Source of the DNA: Heterodontus francisci
Taxonomy: Eukaryota
DNA length: 64,000 nucleotides
Direction of reading: 5' to 3'
NCBI RefSeq assembly: GCF_036365525.1
Contig: NC_090378.1
Location: 123,055,593-123,119,592, forward strand
The position numbers were made by a program, and so were the translations under genes. Every line of letters starts with the position of its first letter. The stretch's first letter is position 1. The notes beneath the pieces are model-generated. The model was not told the DNA's origin and did no database searches. It saw nothing but the letters and a program-made list of their open reading frames with translations. Of this stretch, positions 29,060 through 41,747 are shown piece after piece.

Positions 29060-32000
29060 GTTTAAACAGAGAAACATAGAAAGATTTACAATGCAGATGA
29101 GGCCATTCGGCCCATGGTTTCCATGCCAGCTGAAAATGAGTTAACAAACCTAATTCCACTTTCCAGCTCTTATTCCCATATCCCTGTAGGTTTCGGCACC
29201 TCAAGTGCATATCCAAGTGTTTTTTCAATGTGATGAGAGTTTCTGCCTCTCCCACCCTTTCAGGCAGTGAATTCCAGACCCCCAACACCCTCTGGGTGAA
29301 AAAATTACTCCTCAATTCACCTCTCATCCTTCCACCAATTAATTTAAATCTATGCCGCTGGGTTATTGACCTCTCTGCTGCGGGAAGTAGGTCCTTCCTA
29401 TCCACTCTATCTAGGCCCCTCATAATTTTATACACCTCAATTAAATCTCCCCTCAGTCTCCTCTGTTCCAGAGATAACAATCCCAGCCGATCCTATCTTT
29501 CCTCATAGGTAAAATTCTCCATTCCTGGTAACATCCTCGTAAATCTCCTCTGTACCCCCTCTTGTTTGATCACATCCTTCCTGTAATGTGGTAACCAGAA
29601 CTGTACACAGTTTTCTAGCTGTGGTCTAACTAGTGTTTTCTACAGTTCTGGCATAACCTCCTTAACCTTATACTCCAGGCCTCAGCGAATAAGGGCAAGC
29701 ATCCCGTAAGCCTTCTTAACCACCTTATCTAGCTGTCCTGCTACCTTCAGGGATCTGTGGACATGAACTCCAAGGTCCCTCAGTTCCTCTACACTTCTCA
29801 GTATCATCCCATTTATTGGATATTCCTTTGCCTCGTTTGTCCTCCCCAAATGCATTACCTCACATTTCTCTGGACTGAATTCCATTTGCTATTTTTCTGC
29901 CCACCTGACCAGTCCATTGATATCTTCCTGCAGTCTGCAGCCTTGTTCCTCATTATCAACCGCAAGGCCTATTTTTGTATCATCTACAAACTTCTTAATA
30001 CCCCTTCCATTTAAATCTAAATCATTGAAAGACACTATAATCAGCAGTGGACCCAGTACTGAGCCCTGCAGAACCCCACTGAAAACAGCTTTCCACTCAC
30101 AAAAACACCCACCGACAATAAAACTTTGCTTCCTGTCACTGACTCAATTTTTGATCCAATTTCCCACTTTTCCTTGGATCCCATGGGCTTTTAATTTTCT
30201 GACCAGTCTGCCATGTGGGATCTTATCAAAGGCCTTGCTAAAATCCATGTAGACTCTTTCAAACATGACGCCCACTTTGACACTCCTTGTAACCTCCTCA
30301 TGAAATGTAATCGTTAGTCAGACACAAACTTCCCTTAACAAATCCATGCTGACTGTCCTGAATTAATCCCGTGTTTCTCTAAATGATGGTTTTTACTGTC
30401 TCTCAGAACTTTTTCCAATAATTTTCCCACTGCCGAGGTTATGCTGACTGATCTGTAATTACTTGGTCCATCCATTCTTTCCTTTTTAAACAACAGTACA
30501 ACATTAGCAGTCCTCCAGTCCTCAGGCACCATGCCTTTAACCAGAGAGAATTGGAAAATGAGGATCAGAGCCTCCGCTATTTCTCCCATTGCTTCCTTTG
30601 CAGCCTGGGATACATTTCACCTGGGCCTGGTGATTTATCCATTTTCAAGGATGTGAAACACCTTAATATTTCCTCCCTCACTAAGTTTATCCCATCCAAG
30701 ATTTCACACTCCTCCTCCTTCACTACAATGTCTGCTTTGTCACTCTCTGTGAAAAAAGGCACAAAGTATTCATTCAGAAACATGTCCACATCCTCCGCCT
30801 CCACACACAGGTTAGGTTTTTGGACTCCAATTTACCCCGCTCTTTTCTTAGTGACTCTCCGGCTCTTTATGTATTTATTAAACATCTTTGGGTTTTCCTT
30901 GATTTTACTAGCTAATATTTTTTCATGTCCTCTCTTTGTTTCCCTAATTTCCTTTTCAATTTCACCCCTGAACTCTCTACACTTCTCCAGGTTTTCTGCA
31001 GTATCAAGATCTCAGTATCCGATATAAGTTTCCCTTTTGTACCTTATCCTACTGTGTATGCTCTTTACCATCTGTGGTAAATGGAGATTTGGGAGTCTCA
31101 CCCTTTTTCTTTGTGGGAACATGTTTGTTCTGAGCCCTCACTATCTCCTCCTTGAATGCCTCCCACTGCTCTGACACTGATTTACCTTCAAGTAGCTGTT
31201 TCCAGTCTAATTCTGACAAATCACATCTCAACTTAGTAAAATTGGCCTTTCCCCAGTTTAAAACTTTTACTCTTGGTCCATCTTTATCCTTTTCTATAAC
31301 TGCTCTAAATCTAACTGAATTATAATCACTGCCACTAAAACACTCTCACATTGATCCCCTTCCACCTGCCCAGATTCATTCCTGAAAACTAAGTCCAGAA
31401 CTGTATCTTCTCTTGTTGGTCTTTCTACTGATGAGAAAAGTTCTCCCGAATGTATTTTAGGAATTCTGCACCCTCTGCACCTTTTATACTGAATTTATCC
31501 CAGTTAATATTTGGAAAGTTGAAATCCCCTCCTATTACTGGCCTGTTGTTTCTGCACTTTTCAGTAATTTGCCGACACATTTGCTCTTCTCTCTCCCTCT
31601 GACTGTTTGAGGGTCTATAGCAGGAGTCTGGAACCTGCGGCTCCGGAGCCACATGTGACTCTTTAACAGCTCATTTACAGCTGCCAACCTTTTCCAGTTG
31701 GATCACATTAACATGAAAAAGGCCGAAAAAATTCAGTCAAGGAAAGTAAACTGTGTTTTTATTGTGGGGATAAAAGGCTAATCATTATGTTGTACTTTAT
31801 AGTTTCAAATGATTATTTAAATGAAAAGCATCATCATTGTCTAAATGAACTTGTTTGAGTGGTACAGCTTCCATTGGAGGAACAGCTTTTATGTTTGTGA
31901 CCATTATTGTTTCTAATATCACTGAGATGATAAATTATTCTGCTATTAGAAACTTCTTTTTTATTACGAGAATCAATAGCTGAAAAAATTGTCTTAATTC

Positions 32001-32560
32001 TGCACATCTGAATTTAAATTTTTTTTTTAAATTTTGACTTTACTGACAAAATTATACAAAAACAAGTCAAAAAAATGCAATAATTCAGAGTGAAACCTAT
32101 TCTGATTTTGACTTTTTTTCTATTGATACATAAATTCAATACATGTATTTTATTTATTATATATACAAAGTGTGCATTCTACCAGAGACACTTGGCAATT
32201 TAGAAGGTATTTGGTTTAGAAATGCTGAATTTTGGTCTTGACACTGCCAGTAGTTTTTATTTTAGGTAATATTTTTGAAAACAGTCTCTTCAGGTAATAA
32301 AGGTTACCGACCCCTGGTCTGTATATAGTGCAGCAATGTGATTGCCCCTTTTTTGTTCCTACGTTCATTCAGATGTCCTCATTCGATGATCCTGCTTGAA
32401 TATCATCCCTCCTCACAGCTGCGATTTTTTCTTTTGACTAATATTGTGAAACCCTTCTCCTTTTTTCTCTCCCTCTCTATCCCGTTGGGAAACTCAGTAT
32501 CAGGAATATTGAGCTGCCATTCCTGCCCTTCTTTCAGACTCATTTCAGTAATAACTGTCA
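29060..32560 (-). mobile_element. CR1-clade LINE, degenerate ORF2 (endonuclease to RT to 3' tail), interrupted by a hAT element
   Basis: Minus-strand peptides: ITEMSLKEGQEWQLNIP, IGGDFNFPNINW, DKSPGPGEMYPR, VPEDWRTANVV, MEFSPEKCEVMHLG, SLEQRRLRGDLIEVYKIM, NFFTQRVLGVWNSLP. Confidence 0.93.
31621..32316. mobile_element. non-autonomous hAT (Charlie-like) DNA transposon inserted in the CR1
   Basis: Imperfect TIRs CAGGAGTCTGGAACCT...AGGTTACCGACCCCTG, 8-bp TSD GTCTATAG / GTCTGTAT (6/8), AT-rich interior; CR1 coding sequence continues on both sides. Confidence 0.85.
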
Positions 32561-32564
32561 TCAA

Positions 32565-33410
32565 GGCAGCATTTGAGTCTGGAATCAAGGAGCCCGAGCA
32601 AAACTAGAGTCAGTGTGAATCAGGGGGAAATCTCTCGACTGTTTGGAGTCATACCTAGCACAAAGGAAGATAGCTGTGGTTGTTGGAGGTCAATCATCTC
32701 AGCTCCAGGACGTCACTGCAGGAGTTCCTCAGCATAGTGTCCTAGGCCCAACCATCTTCAGCTGCTTCATCAATGACCTTCCCTCCACCATAAGGTCAGA
32801 AGAGGGGATGTTCGCTGATGATTGCACATCCTTCAGCACCATTCGCGAATCCACAGAAACGGAAACAGACTATCTAGAAATGCAGCAAAACCTGGACACT
32901 GTCCACGCTTGGGCTGATAAGTAACAAGTAACATTCGCGTCACACAAGTGAAAGGCAATGACTATCTCAAATAAGAAAGAATCTAACCATCTCCCCTTGA
33001 CATTCAATGGCATTACGATCGCTGAATCCCCCACTATCAACATCCTGAGGGTTACCATTGACCAGAACCTGAACTGCAGTAGCCCTGTAAATACTGTGGC
33101 TACAAGAGCAGGTCAAAGGCTGGCCACCTAGGAGGAAAGGCCAGCAGTTGCATGGGAACACCACCACCTGCAAGTTCTCCTCCAAGCCACACACCATCCT
33201 GACTTGGAACTATATCGCCGTTCCTTCACTGTCACTGGGTCAAAATCCTGGAACTCCCTGCCTAACAGCACTGTGGGTGTACCTACCCCACATGGACTGC
33301 AGCAGTTCAAGAAGGCAGCTCACCACCACCTTCTCAAGGGCTATTAGTGATGGGCAATAAATGCTGGCCTGGCCAGCGACGCCCACATCCCATGAATGAA
33401 TAAAAAAAAC
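32565..33410 (+). mobile_element. CR1-group LINE (second family), RT and 3' end with internal deletion
   Basis: AGVPQHSVLGPTIFSCFINDLP...MFADDCT; 3' end GCCAGCGACGCCCACATCCCATGAATGAATAAAAAA; same family as 53575-54703 and 42890-43240. Confidence 0.9.
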
Positions 33411-33599
33411 TACCATATCATACTTCCAAGAGCAGTCAAACACAATTTAACCAGTTGAACATCAAACCATCCACTGTCTTTGTATTTTAGACTAAACCTA
33501 GCAAGCGAGGCAAATTAAGAAGTGATGGTGCTCATTTCTAACGATTCAACACCAGCTGCAGTTCATTAACTCAGCTGTCTGTTATCTGATGTGACAATT

Positions 33600-33835
33600 C
33601 CAAACACAGAAACACCCACAGAAACATACACATAAATATACACATAGAACACACAAATATACACAGAGAATACACAAATGTACAGACAGAACACACAAAT
33701 AAATACATGAAACACACAAATATATACAGAGGACACACAAATATACCGACAAAAGACACAAATATATACATAAAACACACAAATATATACAGAGAGCAAA
33801 AAATATACAAATAGAACACAGAAATACACAAACAT
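33600..33835. repeat. AC/AT-rich low-complexity repeat just upstream of the C acceptor
   Basis: Degenerate about 21-bp units such as AACACACAAATATACACAGAG. Confidence 0.8.
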
Positions 33836-33868
33836 GCAGTGATTAACAGTTTTTCTCTTCTCTTTCAG

Positions 33869-34197
33869 GCCGAGAGAAGTCTCAACCCACACTGACCCTG
33901 ATGCCCCCCTCGCCGGAGGAGGTCAAGGCCAAGGGCACTGCCACCCTGGTGTGCCTTGCCGATCACTTCTATCCCGATGAAGTGGGGGTGGAGTGGAAGA
34001 AGGACGGTGCAGCCATTTCGGCCGGAGTTCAGACCAGCAATTACCTGCGAGCTTCGGACAGCACCTACAGTGTCAGCAGCCTGCTGACCCTCTCTGGCTC
34101 TGACTGGGAGTCCAACGCCCGCTTCTCCTGTGCCCTCACCCACGAGACCCTGTCCTCTCCCCTCAGTAAGAGTGTGAGCAGATCAGAATGTGTGTAG
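33869..34197 (+). CDS. IGKC: Immunoglobulin light chain constant exon, kappa / cartilaginous-fish type III (NS4-like), intact C1-set domain
   Basis: Pyrimidine tract and AG acceptor (33867-68), phase 1. Translation (S)REKSQPTLTLMPPSPEEVKAKGTATLVCLADHFYPDEVGVEWKKDG...DSTYSVSSLLTLSGSDWESNARFSCALTHETLSSPLSKSVSRSECV* has both Ig cysteines, the core Trp and the penultimate inter-chain Cys. Confidence 0.98.
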
Positions 34198-34626
34198 AAT
34201 GTTAGAGACAGTCCGCAGAGGAGACACAACTTTAAATATAACAGGGGTGAGCTGGGAGGATAAAGGTCATTGTCAGCACGGAATTTCAACTCTCTTCCTT
34301 CTCGTGACTGGGTCTGAGACACCTCTGAGGATCAGGGGTTAAGGCACTAAATTGGGACAGTGTAGAGGGGGCTTTACTCTGTATCTAACCCGTACTGTAC
34401 CTGCCCTGGGAGTGTTTGATTGGACAATGTAGACTCGTGATGCCAAGTAAAACCTCTCTAAGATGCTGAAGACTGTCAGCTGAGCTAAAATAATATGAAC
34501 CTCAGAAGTCACCGCTCAGTAAACCAGACCTCCTTCCTGCTCACCCTGCAGTTACAATTTAAAGTTTAGTCTCTGTTTAAAGCGACAGGATTCTCATGTT
34601 ATTGAGAAAATCTCCACAACTGTTTT

Positions 34627-34727
34627 AATAAACCTTCATTCTCCCTGTGAATTTCTCCAGCTTCCTCTCACTGAGCTGTTTATTCAAGTCTTTTTACTGT
34701 AAGTGTAAATCTGTAAAAGGTAATAAA
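34627..34727 (+). terminator. polyadenylation signals of the light-chain transcript
   Basis: AATAAA at 34627-34632 and 34722-34727, about 430 and 530 bp after the C stop. Confidence 0.65.
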
Positions 34728-34869
34728 CATTAAGAATATTCAGTAAATGTCTCGGGAGTACTTTGGAAATGTCCCACATTCCTGTCAGTTGATTGGCTGT
34801 ATTTCAGCAAGTGATTCTAATGATTGGCTGGTTGAACTCTCAATCAATAGCACATTAGCATAAGATTTG

Positions 34870-35400
34870 ATTACAAACATAAATACAAACATATGAATTA
34901 GGAGCAGGAGTAGGCCACTCGGCCCCTCGAACCTGCTCCACCATTCAATAAGATCATGGCTGATCTGATTGTAATCTCAACACCACATTCCCTCCTACCC
35001 ATGATAACCTTTCACCCCCTTGCTTATCAAGAATCTATCCACCTCTGCCTTAAAAATATTTATAGACTCTGCTTCCATCGCCTTTTGAGAAAGAGAGTTC
35101 CAAAGAGTCACGACCCTTGGAAATAAAAGAATTCTCAACTCTGTATTAAATGGGTGACACCTTATTTTTAAATAGTGACCCCAAGTTCTAGTTTCTTCAA
35201 CAAGAAGAAACAACCTTTCCACATCCACCCTGTCAAAACCCCTCAGGAATCTTATATGTCTCCATCAAGTCACCTCTTACTCTTCTAAACTCCAGTGGAT
35301 ATAAACCTAACCTGTCCAACCTTTCCTCAGAGGAAAACCTGCACATTCCAAGTATTAGTCTAATAAACCTTCTCTGAACTGATTCCAACACATTTACATC
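34870..35400 (-). mobile_element. CR1 LINE 3' fragment
   Basis: LESVQRRFIRLI...RLGLYPLEFRRVRGDLMETYK; RVVTLWNSL; typical CR1 3' UTR. Confidence 0.9.
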
Positions 35401-36682
35401 CTGTAGGTGTGTGTTTCGGAGTGTGTGTGGGTTACCCAATACTGTCTGTAGGTGTGTGTGTCTGCGTGTGTGTGGGTTACCCTGTACTGTCTGTAGGTGT
35501 GTGTGTCTGAGTGTGTGTGGGTTACCCTGTACTGTCTGTAGGTGTGTGTGTCTGAGTATGTGTGGGTTACCCAGTACTGTATGTTGCTGTGTGTGTCTGA
35601 GTGTGTGTGCGTTACACAGTACTGTCTGTAGGTGTGTGTGTCTGTGTGTGTGTGGGTTACCCTGTACTGTCTGTCGGTGTGTGTGTCTGAGTGTGTGTGG
35701 GTTACACAGTACTGTCTGTAGGTGTGTGTGTGGGTTACCCTGTACTGTCTGTAGGTGTGTGTGTCTGAGTGTGTGTGGGTTACCCTGTACTGTCTGTAGG
35801 TGTGTGTGTCTGAGTGTGTGTGGGTTACCCTGTATTGTCTGGAGGTGTGTGTGTCTGAGTGTGTGTGGGTTACCCAGTACTGTATGTCGGTGTGTGTGTC
35901 TGAGTGTGTGTGGGTTACACAGTACTGTCTGTAGGTGTGTGTGTCTGTGTGTGTGTGGGTTACCCTGTACTGTCTGTAGGTGTGTGTGTCTGAGTGTGTG
36001 TGGGTTACCCTGTACTGTCTGTAGGTGTGTGTGTCTGAGTGTGTGTGGGTTACCCTGTATTGTCTGGAGGTGTGTGTGTCTGAGTGTGTGTGGGTTACCC
36101 AGGACTGTATGTCAGTGTGTGTGTCTGAGTGTGTGTGGGTTACCCAGTACTGTCTGTAGGTATGTGTGTCTGAGTGTGTGTGGGTTACCCTGTACTGTCT
36201 GTAGGTGTGTGTATCTGAGTGTGTGTGGGTTACCCTGTACTGTCTGTAGATGTGTGTGTCTGAGTGTGTGTGGGTAACCCAGTACTGTCTGTAGGTGTGT
36301 GTGTCTGAGTGTGTGTGGGTTACCCTATACTGTCTGTAAGTGTGCGTGTCTGAGTGTGTGTGGGTTACCCTGTCCTGTCTGTAGGTGTGTGTGTCTAAGT
36401 GTGTGTGGGTTACCCTGTCCTGTCTGTAGGTGTGTGTCTCTGAGTGTGTGTGGGTTACCCAGTACTGTCTGTAGGTGTGTGTGTCTGAGTGTGTGTGGGT
36501 TACCCTGTCCTGTCTGTAGGTGTGTGTCTCTGAGTGTGTGTGGGTTACCCAGTACTGTCTGTAGGTGTGTGTGTCTGAGTGTGTGTGGGTTACCCTGTCC
36601 TGTCTGTAGGTTTGTGTCTCTGAGTGTGTGTGGGTTACCCAGTACTGTCTGTAGGTGTGTGATTCTGAGTGTGGGTGTGTTA
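35400..36682. repeat. 45-bp minisatellite, left sub-array (about 28 copies)
   Basis: Unit GTGTGTGGGTTACCCTGTACTGTCTGTAGGTGTGTGTGTCTGAGT (15-aa period in the ORF track). Confidence 0.97.
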
Positions 36683-37115
36683 TAGAATCATAGAGTTATA
36701 CAGCACAGAACCAGGCCCTTCAGCCCATCGTGTCTTTGCCAACCATCAAGCACCGATTTATTCTAATCACATTTTCTGGCACTTGGCCCGTAGCCTTGTA
36801 TGCTATGGCATTTCAAGTGCTCATCTAAATACATCTTAAATGTTGTGAGGGTTCCTGCCTCTACCAAGTCTTCAGGCAGTGCGTTCCAGATTCGCACCAC
36901 CCTCTGGGTGAAAATTCTTTTCCTCTAAGCCTCCTGCCTCTTAGCTTCAATCTATGCACACTGGTTATTGACCCCTCCACTAAGGCAAAAGGTTTCTTCC
37001 TATCTATCCTATCAATGCACCTCATAATTTTATATACCTCAATCAGGTCATCCATCAGCCTTCTCTGCTCGAAGGAAAACAACCCTAGCCTATCCAGTCT
37101 CTCTTTATAGCTATC
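36683..37115 (-). mobile_element. CR1 LINE 3' fragment splitting the 45-bp array
   Basis: SYKERLDRLGLFSFEQRRL..DLIEVYKIM; tail TAGAATCATAGA at 36683. Confidence 0.9.
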
Positions 37116-37119
37116 CAGT

Positions 37120-39380
37120 ACTCTCAGTAGGTGTGTATGTCTAAGGATGTGTGTATTACACAGTGCAGTCATTTGGTGGGTTCCTCTGAGTATGGGTCTG
37201 TTACCCAGTACTGTCTGTAGGTGTGTGTCTCTGAGTGTGTGTCTTACCCAGTACTGTCTGCAGGTGTGTGTCTCTGAGTGTGGGTGTGTTACCCAGTACT
37301 GTCTGTAGGTGCGTGTCTCTGAGTATGTGTCTTACCCAGTACTGTCTGCAGGTGTGTGTCTCTGAGTGTGGGTGTGTTAAACAGTACTGTCTGCAGGTGT
37401 GTGTCTCTGAGTTTGAGTGTGTTACCCAGTACTGTCTGCAGGTGTGTATCTCTGATTGTGGGTGAGTTACCCAGTTCTGTCGGTAGGTGTGTATCTCTGA
37501 GTGTGGGTGTGCTACCCAGTTCTGTCTGGAGGTGTGTATCTCTGAGTGTGGGTGTGTTACCCAGTACTGTCTGTAGGTGTGTGTCTCTGAGTTTGAGTGT
37601 GTTACCCAGTACTGTCTGTAGGTGTGTGTCTCTGAGTGTGAGTGTGTTACCCTGTACTGTCTGTAGGTGTGTGTCTCTGAGTGTGAGTGTGTTACCCAGT
37701 ACTGTCTGCAGGTGTGTGTCTCTGAGTGTGAGTGTGTTACCCAGTACTGTCTGTAGGTGTGTGTCTCTGAGTGTGAGTGTGTTACCCAGTACTGTCTGTA
37801 GGTGTGTGTCTCTGAGTTTGAGTGTGTTACCCAGTACTGTCTGTAGGTGTGTGTCTCTGAGTGTGAGTGTGTTACCCAGCACTGTCTGTAGGTGTGTGTC
37901 TCTGAGTTTGAGTGTGTTACCCAGTACTGTCTGTAGGTGTGTGTCTCTGAGTTTGAGTCTGTTACCCAGTACTGTCTGTAGGTGTGTGTCTCTGAGTTTG
38001 AGTGTGTTACCCAGTACTGTCTGTAGGTGTGTGTCTCTGAGTTTGAGTGTGTTACCCAGTACTGTCTGTAGGTGTGTATCTCTGAGTTTGAGTGTGTTAC
38101 CCAGTACTGTCTGTAGGTGTGTGTCTCTGAGTTTGAGTGTGTTACCCAGTACTGTCTGTAGGTGTGTGTCTCTGAGTTTGAGTGTGTTACCCAGAACTGT
38201 CTGTCGGTGTGTGTCTCTGAGTTTGAGTGTGTTACCCAGTACTGTCTGTAGGTGTGTATCTCTGAGTTTGAGTGTGTTACCCAGTACTGTCTGTAGGTGT
38301 GTATCTCTGAGTTTGAGTGTGTTACCCAGTACTGTCTGTAGGTGTGTGTCTCTGAGTTTGAGTATGTTACCCAGTACTGTCTGTAGGTGTGTGTCTCTGA
38401 GTTTGAGTGTGTTACCCAGTACTGTCTGTAGGTGTGTATCTCTGAGTTTGAGTGTGTTACCCAGTACTGTCTGTAGGTGTGTGTCTCTGAGTTTGAGTGT
38501 GTTACCCAGTACTGTCTGTAGGTGTGTGTCTCTGAGTTTGAGTGTGTTACCCAGTACTGTCTGTAGGTGTGTATCTCTGAGTTTGAGTGTGTTACCCAGT
38601 ACTGTCTGTAGGTGTGTGTCTCTGAGTTTGAGTGTGTTACCCAGTACTGTCTGTAGGTGTGTGTCTCTGAGTTTGAGTATGTTACCCAGTACTGTCTGTA
38701 GGTGTGTGTCTCTGAGTTTGAGTGTGTTACCCAGTACTGTCTGTAGGTGTGTGTCTCTGAGTTTGAGTGTGTTACCCAGTACTGTCTGTAGGTGGGTGTC
38801 TCTGATTTTGAGTGTGTTACCCAATACTGTCTGTAGGTGTGTGTCTCTGAGTTTGAGTGTGTTACCCAGTACTGTCTGTAGGTGTGTGTCTCTGAGTTTG
38901 AGTGTGTTACCCAGTACTGTCTGTAGGTGTGTGTCTCTGAGTTTGAGTGTGTTACCCAGTACTGTCCGTAGGTGTGTGTCTCTGAGATTGAGTGTGTTAC
39001 CCAGTACTGTCTGTAGGTGTGTGTCTCTGAGATTGAGTGTGTTACCCAGTACTGTCTGTAGGTGTGTGTCTCTGAGTTTGAGTGTGTTACCCAGTACTGT
39101 CTGTAGGTGTGTGTCTCTGAGTTTGGGTGTGTTACCAAGTCCTGTCTGTAGGTGTGTGTCTCTGAGTGTGAGTGTGTTACCCAGTACTGTCTGTAGGTGT
39201 GTGTCTCTGAGTTTGAGTGTGTTACCCAGTACTGTCTGTAGGTGTGTGTCTCTGAGTTTGAGTGTGTTACCCAGTACTGTCTGTAGGTGTGTGTCTCTGA
39301 GTTTGAGTGTGTTACCCAGTACTGTCTGTAGGTGTGTATCTCTGAGTTTGAGTGTGTTACCCAGTACTGTCTGTAGGTGT
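37120..39380. repeat. 45-bp minisatellite, right sub-array (about 48 copies, highly homogeneous)
   Basis: Unit TTGAGTGTGTTACCCAGTACTGTCTGTAGGTGTGTGTCTCTGAGT; source of the 511-743-aa artefactual ORFs. Confidence 0.98.
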
Positions 39381-39644
39381 GGCTGCTACGTTTTGAAGAT
39401 GCAATGGCACGTTTCACTATCACAGACGTCACAAGGAAAAAGGCCTCACTTTGACACTTGGAGGTGAAGAATTAGAATATGGTTCTCCAGCATACGGCCC
39501 ATGGGCCAGACTTCAGCCCTGCAAAGCACTTCGGTGGGCAGCTCTATTTTTGTGAGGATCCCCGACCCACACAACGTGGCTGTGCCCAGCGGGAGAGTGT
39601 CATTCACATCCTGTCTCTGGAATCCACATTGATGGAGAATGAAC

Positions 39645-40115
39645 AGATGGGGAATGGGCAGCAGAGACAGGGGAGCCGGGATTGGAGAGCGGGGAGTGGA
39701 AAGCGTGGAGTGGAGCGTGGAGTGGGGATTGGAGAACGGACAGTGGGGAGTGGAGAGCGTGGAGTGGGGAGTGGAGTGTGGGTAGTGGGGAGAGGAGAGT
39801 GGGCAGTGGAGAGTGGGCAGTGGAGAGTGGGAAGTGGAGGGTGGGGAGCAGGGATCAGGGACTGGGGAGCAGGCAGTGAGGAGGAGGGAGTGAGAGACAA
39901 ACAGAGAAAGAGAGCAGGGAGTAAGAGAAAGAAGGGGCAGCGAGAGAGGGAGAGAGAGAGACAGAGAGAGGGGATAGTGGGACAGACAGAGGGAGACTGA
40001 TAGAGAGAGTGGGGAGACAGAGGTAGGGGAGAGGGTGGGACTGAGAGGGGGAGAGAGAGATGGAGGGGGGAAAGAGAGACAGAGAGATACAGAGAGCAAG
40101 AGGAGAGAGGAAGAA
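39645..40115. repeat. G/A-rich low-complexity tract (GGAGTGG-like, then GA repeats)
   Basis: Extreme purine and G skew with many G3-G4 runs. Confidence 0.85.
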
Positions 40116-40239
40116 AGATCAATATCTCTCTGACACATGGACATCATTCTGGAATACACTGCATCGCTACGTCAAGTGTGTGGGCAGAGATTGAGTATTA
40201 ATGCAAGCAAAAACAATGTCAGGTAGGTCACTAAATCAA

Positions 40240-40438
40240 TGTTCAACATAGTAATGAGAAAGTAAGTCAATAAATTACTTCTCATTTAAAGCTTCTTCAT
40301 AAAAATGCACATTTGTTATAGTTTTCATACAAGGATACATTTTTAATGCCTTTATCGTCCGAAATGTTCTCACTGGCCCCCTACTGGAGGGTAAAAATTG
40401 TAATCTGGCCCCTGACACGAAAAGGTTGGACATCCCTG
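40240..40438. mobile_element. hAT-like element, right-end remnant
   Basis: Ends AAAAGGTTGGACATCCCTG, resembling a hAT TIR; no matching left TIR found. Confidence 0.45.
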
Positions 40439-40439
40439 C

Positions 40440-41524
40440 TATCAAATCACGAAACTGGAAAGACGTGATCGAGAAATGTCTACAGATTAATTCTGACACA
40501 CTACAAGATCTTCACACCAATGTTCGAAATGAGCTCACTGTTACAACGACATCTGATCTCATATTACACAACAACTGTATGGTCATTCCACACTCATTAA
40601 GAGAATGTGTTGTTAATAAAGGACACCAGGGAATAGTCAATAGCAAACAACTCCTTAGGCAAATGGTTTGGGTTCCAGGAATGAACTGCATGGTAGAGAT
40701 AAAATCAATCAGTGTTTACCATGTCAACTACCCACAATGTCAAATCTTCATGATCCTCTCGTGATGTCTGAACTACCTCCAGGACCAGGGATTGTGTCAG
40801 TGTTGATTTCACAGATTTACCCACAGGTGAACACCTGCTTGTTGTCACTGACGACTACAGCAGATTCCCAATCGTGGAATTAGTTAAGTCAACTCCAACA
40901 AAAGCAGTGATTCCAAAGCTTGACCAGATCTTTACCTTGTTTGGAATCCCTCAAACAGTAAGAAGTGACAATGAACCCCCATTCAACAGCAATGAGTTCA
41001 GTAAATTCACAAACTACCTAGTGTTCACTCATAGGGAAATCACACCCCATTGGCCAAGAGCTAATGGAGAAGTCGAGACATTTATGTGAACCTTGAAAAT
41101 AGTGATACGTACAGCGACAGCTGTGAACAAGTCATGGGAGCAAGAGTTATATCACTTTCTTCATAATTACAGAGTGACTCCAAACTCAACTACTGGAAAA
41201 CCTCCAGTCACTCTCATCTTTACACATCCTCTGTGCACACGTCTTCCTCAATTACCCTACGGAGCTAATGATCAACATATACACCAACACGATCGATATC
41301 AGAAGGATAGATTGAAGGTAAATGCAGAACGAAACATGAAACTTCGAGCTACACCATTAAAGCCAGGAGATAAAGTACTTGTGAAACGTGATGGTCATGT
41401 TGGAAAACAAACAACCCCTTATAACATCCAACCATTTGTTGTGACCAACACAAAAGGATCAATGATCACTGCTGAGCACGATTCACAAATTATCACAAGA
41501 AACGTGTCATTCTTCAAACACTGA
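40440..41524 (+). mobile_element. Gypsy/Ty3 LTR retrotransposon integrase, frameshifted
   Basis: Zn-finger region GHQGIV..K.LLRQMVWVPGM..C..CQ; core FGIPQTVRSDNEPPFNSNEF...HREITPHWPRANGEVE; YRVTPNSTTGKPP; LKPGDKVLV. Confidence 0.92.
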
Positions 41525-41747
41525 AAACACCTCTCGTAAACATTGAATCCAATTTCAGCATCGACACCTCCGATGAAGAACATGAGTTAAATGAGACTTC
41601 ACCTGATGTCAGACAATATCCTACTTGTGAGAGAAAATGCCCATCATACATAGGTGAATAGATAACGAAGTGAACTATTTATGTGTAAGTTTATACTTTA
41701 CATTTTTGGAAACAAACCATTGACACATACAACATCTCTCACTTACT

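Noticed and set aside
33901-33903. ATG given as the start of the 98-aa C ORF
   Set aside because: Internal Met; the exon begins at the splice acceptor at 33869.
34350-34432. GGGACAGTGTAGAGGG...CTGTACCTGCCCTGGGAGTGTTTGA in the 3' UTR as a regulatory element
   Set aside because: Looks like about one unit of a common shark dispersed minisatellite; nothing supports a specific function.
35411-39467. Cys-rich keratin-associated/metallothionein-like and THSNSETHTYRQYWV repeat ORFs
   Set aside because: Translations of the 45-bp minisatellite, open on both strands
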